The notes beneath the pieces are model-generated. The model saw only the letters and a list, made by a program, of their open reading frames with translations. It made no database searches and was not told where the DNA came from. The position numbers and the translations under genes are program-made. DNA of 64,000 nt from Macrostomum lignano (lineage: Eukaryota): assembly GCA_002269645.1 (NCBI GenBank), contig NIVC01000539.1, positions 62,001 through 126,000 on the forward strand, read 5' to 3'. Shown here in pieces: positions 60,169 through 64,000 of the stretch. The number at the start of each line of letters is the position of its first letter. Position 1 is the first letter of the stretch.

Positions 60169-61854
60169 TGGAATCAATTTGTGGCTATCGTTGTACACCC
60201 TGTGTGAGCGCGCGTGTGCTAGTCGATTGCCCCAAATTGCGACACTCATCTGCCTATAGTTTTGTCTGTGTTAGACTTTCAATAAATGGCTAAAATGTAA
60301 TGCGATGGTCAACTTCCGCCCTGTCAAATCTGTCTGCGTATAGTGGGGTCGTGCGATGGCTTTTGTCTTTGCTCAATTGTTGTATTCGTATTAGTACTCC
60401 AGTGTAACTTTAGCTGATTATAAAACACTTATTATGGTATTTCGATTGGTTATTCGCAATTGGTTAAGCTGAATTGATCGCGGTTAGTACACAGGTAGCA
60501 GTTGGCGGCACATGTAACCAGGTTGTGCTGGTCAGGTGTACAGGCGTGTATCTGTTTATTATTAATTGTTATCATAGCAATAAAAATAGAAGTTTTCATA
60601 CTTGGCGGTGAGCGGCCATCCGCTGCCCCAATCGCATATCGATCGCTTCTCGATCGATCGATACGCTTTTGTTTCGTATTTCTTTACTCCACATCTCCCT
60701 ATTTCCCCCCAGCGTTCCGTGTTCCCAGTCCCTCCCCGCGGTTCTCCCAGCAGTTTGCAAGCGTATCGGTTTCGCTGCTCAAGGCTCCGCGCAGGCTCTA
60801 AGGGGGCAGAGGTGCTTCTTGAATAATGGAGCAGCTACCAAACACTGCGGCCTAAGTCATGGACTTCTAGACAGAGCATCTGGATAGAGAAACTGACTCT
60901 AGGACACAACCTATTAATCGCTCTAGACCGCTATACTCAAAACTTTGTGCCTTATAAAAGCTGCCACCTGACAGGCCATTCCACCTTATTGGACTCGAAA
61001 TTTTGCTGTAGTAAGATTTTCATTTCCAGTTGATGGGTTTTTTTAGCCCGGCAGTTTCCGATCCAAATAGCTGCTTCCAGAGCTGCCAGGCTTGGCCGAA
61101 GTCCCTTTCGACCGGCCGAGACCAGCTGTTAATTATTCACACCAGTCCCTCCCCTTCGCCAGCTTTATCCCCCAATAGTTGCTCCAAATCTGAGCAACGA
61201 GCCGCCTTCTCTCTCTTCCGCCTGCTCAATAAAAACTTTCCCCAATATCTAAGTGCGCTGAGCACGGGGAGCTTAGTTGGCTAAGATATTTTTGACATCA
61301 TCGCGAAATTTCAGCTTTACTCCAGCATGCATATTTTATCTCAGTAGAGCTCTGTTCATGAGTACTAGCCTTCGATCATTTATCACTGGGCTGCGGTTGG
61401 AACGGCGGCAGCTTCATTCATTTTAATGGCTTTTCGCACGTCTTCATCGTGTGAAGGAATTGCGAAAGGCTCTGCATTGATAAATTTGTCTTTTTGCCCG
61501 TCTGCGAAGTTCATCTAAGCAGCTAAGAGGTTGCAAACCCGTCAAGATTTCCATGGACGCATGGACGCAAAATTAGGCACACCATGGAAATTTTAGGTTT
61601 CTTTTAATGGTACTGTACTGTGTAAATATTAAATGGCCTTCTAAGAAATGCGTATTTCCTTGGTTGTTAGACTAATGCAGACTGCAGTGGAGCTGAAGAT
61701 ACACAAATTCCTTTCAAGGCTGCAAATTGGCAAGAAAGATGACGTGATCAAAGCATGAGAACAACCATGAGAGTACTACGTCCCACAAACTGGCTTTCCA
61801 AGCAGGGATGGGCAGACTTTTACCTCAAAGGCCAGATAAAGAATCCAGCTCATA

Positions 61855-62634
61855 GCTGAGGGGCAGATGAAAGTGGAAAGAAGAAGGAATAGACGATTCG
61901 AAGAGAGGAGAGGCGACAGAGGGGATAAAAGAAAAGATAAAAGATAATAGGAGAGATGAGGGGGTGAGGACGATGAGAGAGAGGGGGAGAAGAGGGGAGA
62001 GAGGAAAAGCGAGAGGAGAGAGTAGAGATGAGAGAGCAGAGAGCTGCAGATGAGAGGAGAGAGGAGACAGCAGAGAGAAGAGCAGAGAGGAAACAGGTGA
62101 AAGAAGAGATGAGAGAGTAAAGGGAAGAGAGAAGAGATAAAGATACATCTCTACATCTCTAAGGTTGTAGAGATGAGAGAGGTGGAAGGAGAGATGAGAA
62201 ATGAGAGATGAGAGATAACGGAGAGAGGAGAGTGGAGTGAGAGAAGAGAGGGAGACAGAGTATAGAAAAGGGAAGAGAAGAGAAAAGAAGAAAGGAGAAA
62301 GGAAAGTGAGGAGTCAAAAGAGGGGAAAGAAAAGAGTACAGAGGAGAGAGGTGAGAGAACATATAAGACAGAGATGCCAGATTAAAGAGGGGGATGAGAG
62401 AGCAGAGACGAGAGTGAACAGATGAAAGATGGGAGAGTAGAGAGAACAGAGGAGAGGTTACAGAGACGAGAGGAGAGAGGAGAGACAAAGGTAGAGAAGT
62501 GAGTGAGGAGAGAGGAGAGGAAAGAGGAGAATGGAGAGGGGAGAGAGTAGAGAGAGGAGGAGAGATAAGAGAAAAAATCAGAGAAGAGAGAGAGAGAGAG
62601 AGAGAGGAGGAGAGATAAGAGAGAAAGACAGAGA

Positions 62635-62697
<63 letters not shown>

Positions 62698-62723
62698 GAG
62701 AGAAAGACAGAGAAGAGAAGAGA

Positions 62724-62788
<65 letters not shown>

Positions 62789-63200
62789 GGGGAGAAGAGA
62801 GAAATGAGAAGAGATAAGAGAGAAAAGATAAAAGAAGAGAAAGGAAAGATGAGAGAGCAAAGACGAGAGAGAAAAGAGGTGAGGGAAGAGACGAGAGAAG
62901 AGGGGAGAGATGAGAGATTAGAGGAGAGAGTTAAGAGAAGAGAGAAAAGAATAGAAAGGAGAATGAAGATCAGAGTGAAGAGGGGGTGAGAGGAGAGAGG
63001 AGAGGGGAGAGGAGAGAGGAGAGGAGAGAAAAAACAAAAAAGTAGAGAGGAGAGAGGAGAGGAGAGAGAAAAGAAGAGACAAGAGATGAGATAAGAGAGA
63101 TGAAAGAGAAGAGAGATGAGGGAAGATACGAGAGAAGAGGGGAGAGAGGAGAGAGGAGAGAGGAGAGACGAAGGACGAGAGAGATGAGAGGAAACAAAGA
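61855..63200. repeat. GA-rich polypurine low-complexity tract
   Basis: Almost pyrimidine-free on the + strand. Confidence 0.95.
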
Positions 63201-63699
63201 GACGATAGAAATTTTAAAGGATCCAAGGGACGTAGGGAGAGTCAGGGAGAGACCAGAGTTTAGCAATATATGTTTTAGAGTCAGACAGACATTGTCTGAC
63301 ATTCTGCGCAGTACCCCAGCCAACAATGTCTCAAATCCTAATTTTACACGAATGTGCTCCATTTTATGTCTACCTCTATCCTACTAACTATTAACAAGTT
63401 TTTGTTTGTGTATGGCCTTAGATTTCAGAATACATGCAAAAGTAGTTCCGGGTATTGGAATTCCCCGGGTTCAAAATCCGCGGGTTTCAACAGCTTGTTA
63501 CACCTAAATCAAACAGCTCATTCATCCAGGTACTGCGTAGCTATAGATTGACAAAAAACTTTGGTTAGAGGAATAATCTAGCGTTTACTAAACTACACTT
63601 GAAGCTGGTTTCAAAAACAGACTAATAGAGATTACAATTTTGTATTTACACACTCCATCAGGCAGAACAGGAACCATTTCCACACTTCATCGGGTAGAG

Positions 63700-64000
63700 C
63701 AGCAACCATTGCACACAGCATCAGATAGAAGAGCGGCAACCATTGCACACAGCATCAGATAGAGCGGGAACCATTGCACACAGCATCAGATAGAGCGGGA
63801 ACCATTGCACACAGCATCAGATAGAAGAGCGGGAACCATTGCACACAGCATCAGATAGAGCGGGAACCATTGCACACAGCATCAGATAGAGCGGGAACAC
63901 CATTGCACACAGCATCAGATAGAGCGACAACCAATGCACACAGCATCAGATAGAGCGGCAACCATTGCACACAGCATCAGATAGAAGAGCAGCAACCATT
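63700..64000. repeat. 31-34-bp minisatellite running off the window
   Basis: ACCATTGCACACAGCATCAGATAGAGCGG. Confidence 0.93.

Noticed and set aside
61855-63200. Arg/Glu-rich and Leu/Ser-rich ORFs
   Set aside because: They are products of the polypurine low-complexity tract.

Overview
Eukaryotic (metazoan) genomic DNA, not prokaryotic. The style (GC-rich exons, introns swollen by private minisatellites) suggests a flatworm such as Macrostomum lignano; this is inference. Three multi-exon + strand genes can be rebuilt from splice signals and reading-frame phase. (1) The 3' part of RALGAPB (348-4800), with an apparent 1-nt frameshift. (2) A divergent Gs-class G-protein alpha subunit (11494-25132, 9 exons, 517 aa) with a ~120-aa insertion. 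(3) A type I PIP 5-kinase (29077-51489, 12 exons, 523 aa), whose TGA-C stop is followed in frame by a further spliceable exon, making it a stop-readthrough candidate. A probable first exon of a fourth, unidentified gene lies at 58174-58322. The rest is more than 30 micro/minisatellite arrays, a CORE-type tRNA-SINE family, a second tRNA-SINE family with intact TSDs, tRNA-like heads capping two satellite arrays, two hAT-type MITEs with 8-bp TSDs, a probable Gypsy remnant and telomere-like tracts. Almost all long ORFs in the supplied track are repeat artefacts. All homology calls are by eye from remembered family motifs; no searches were run.
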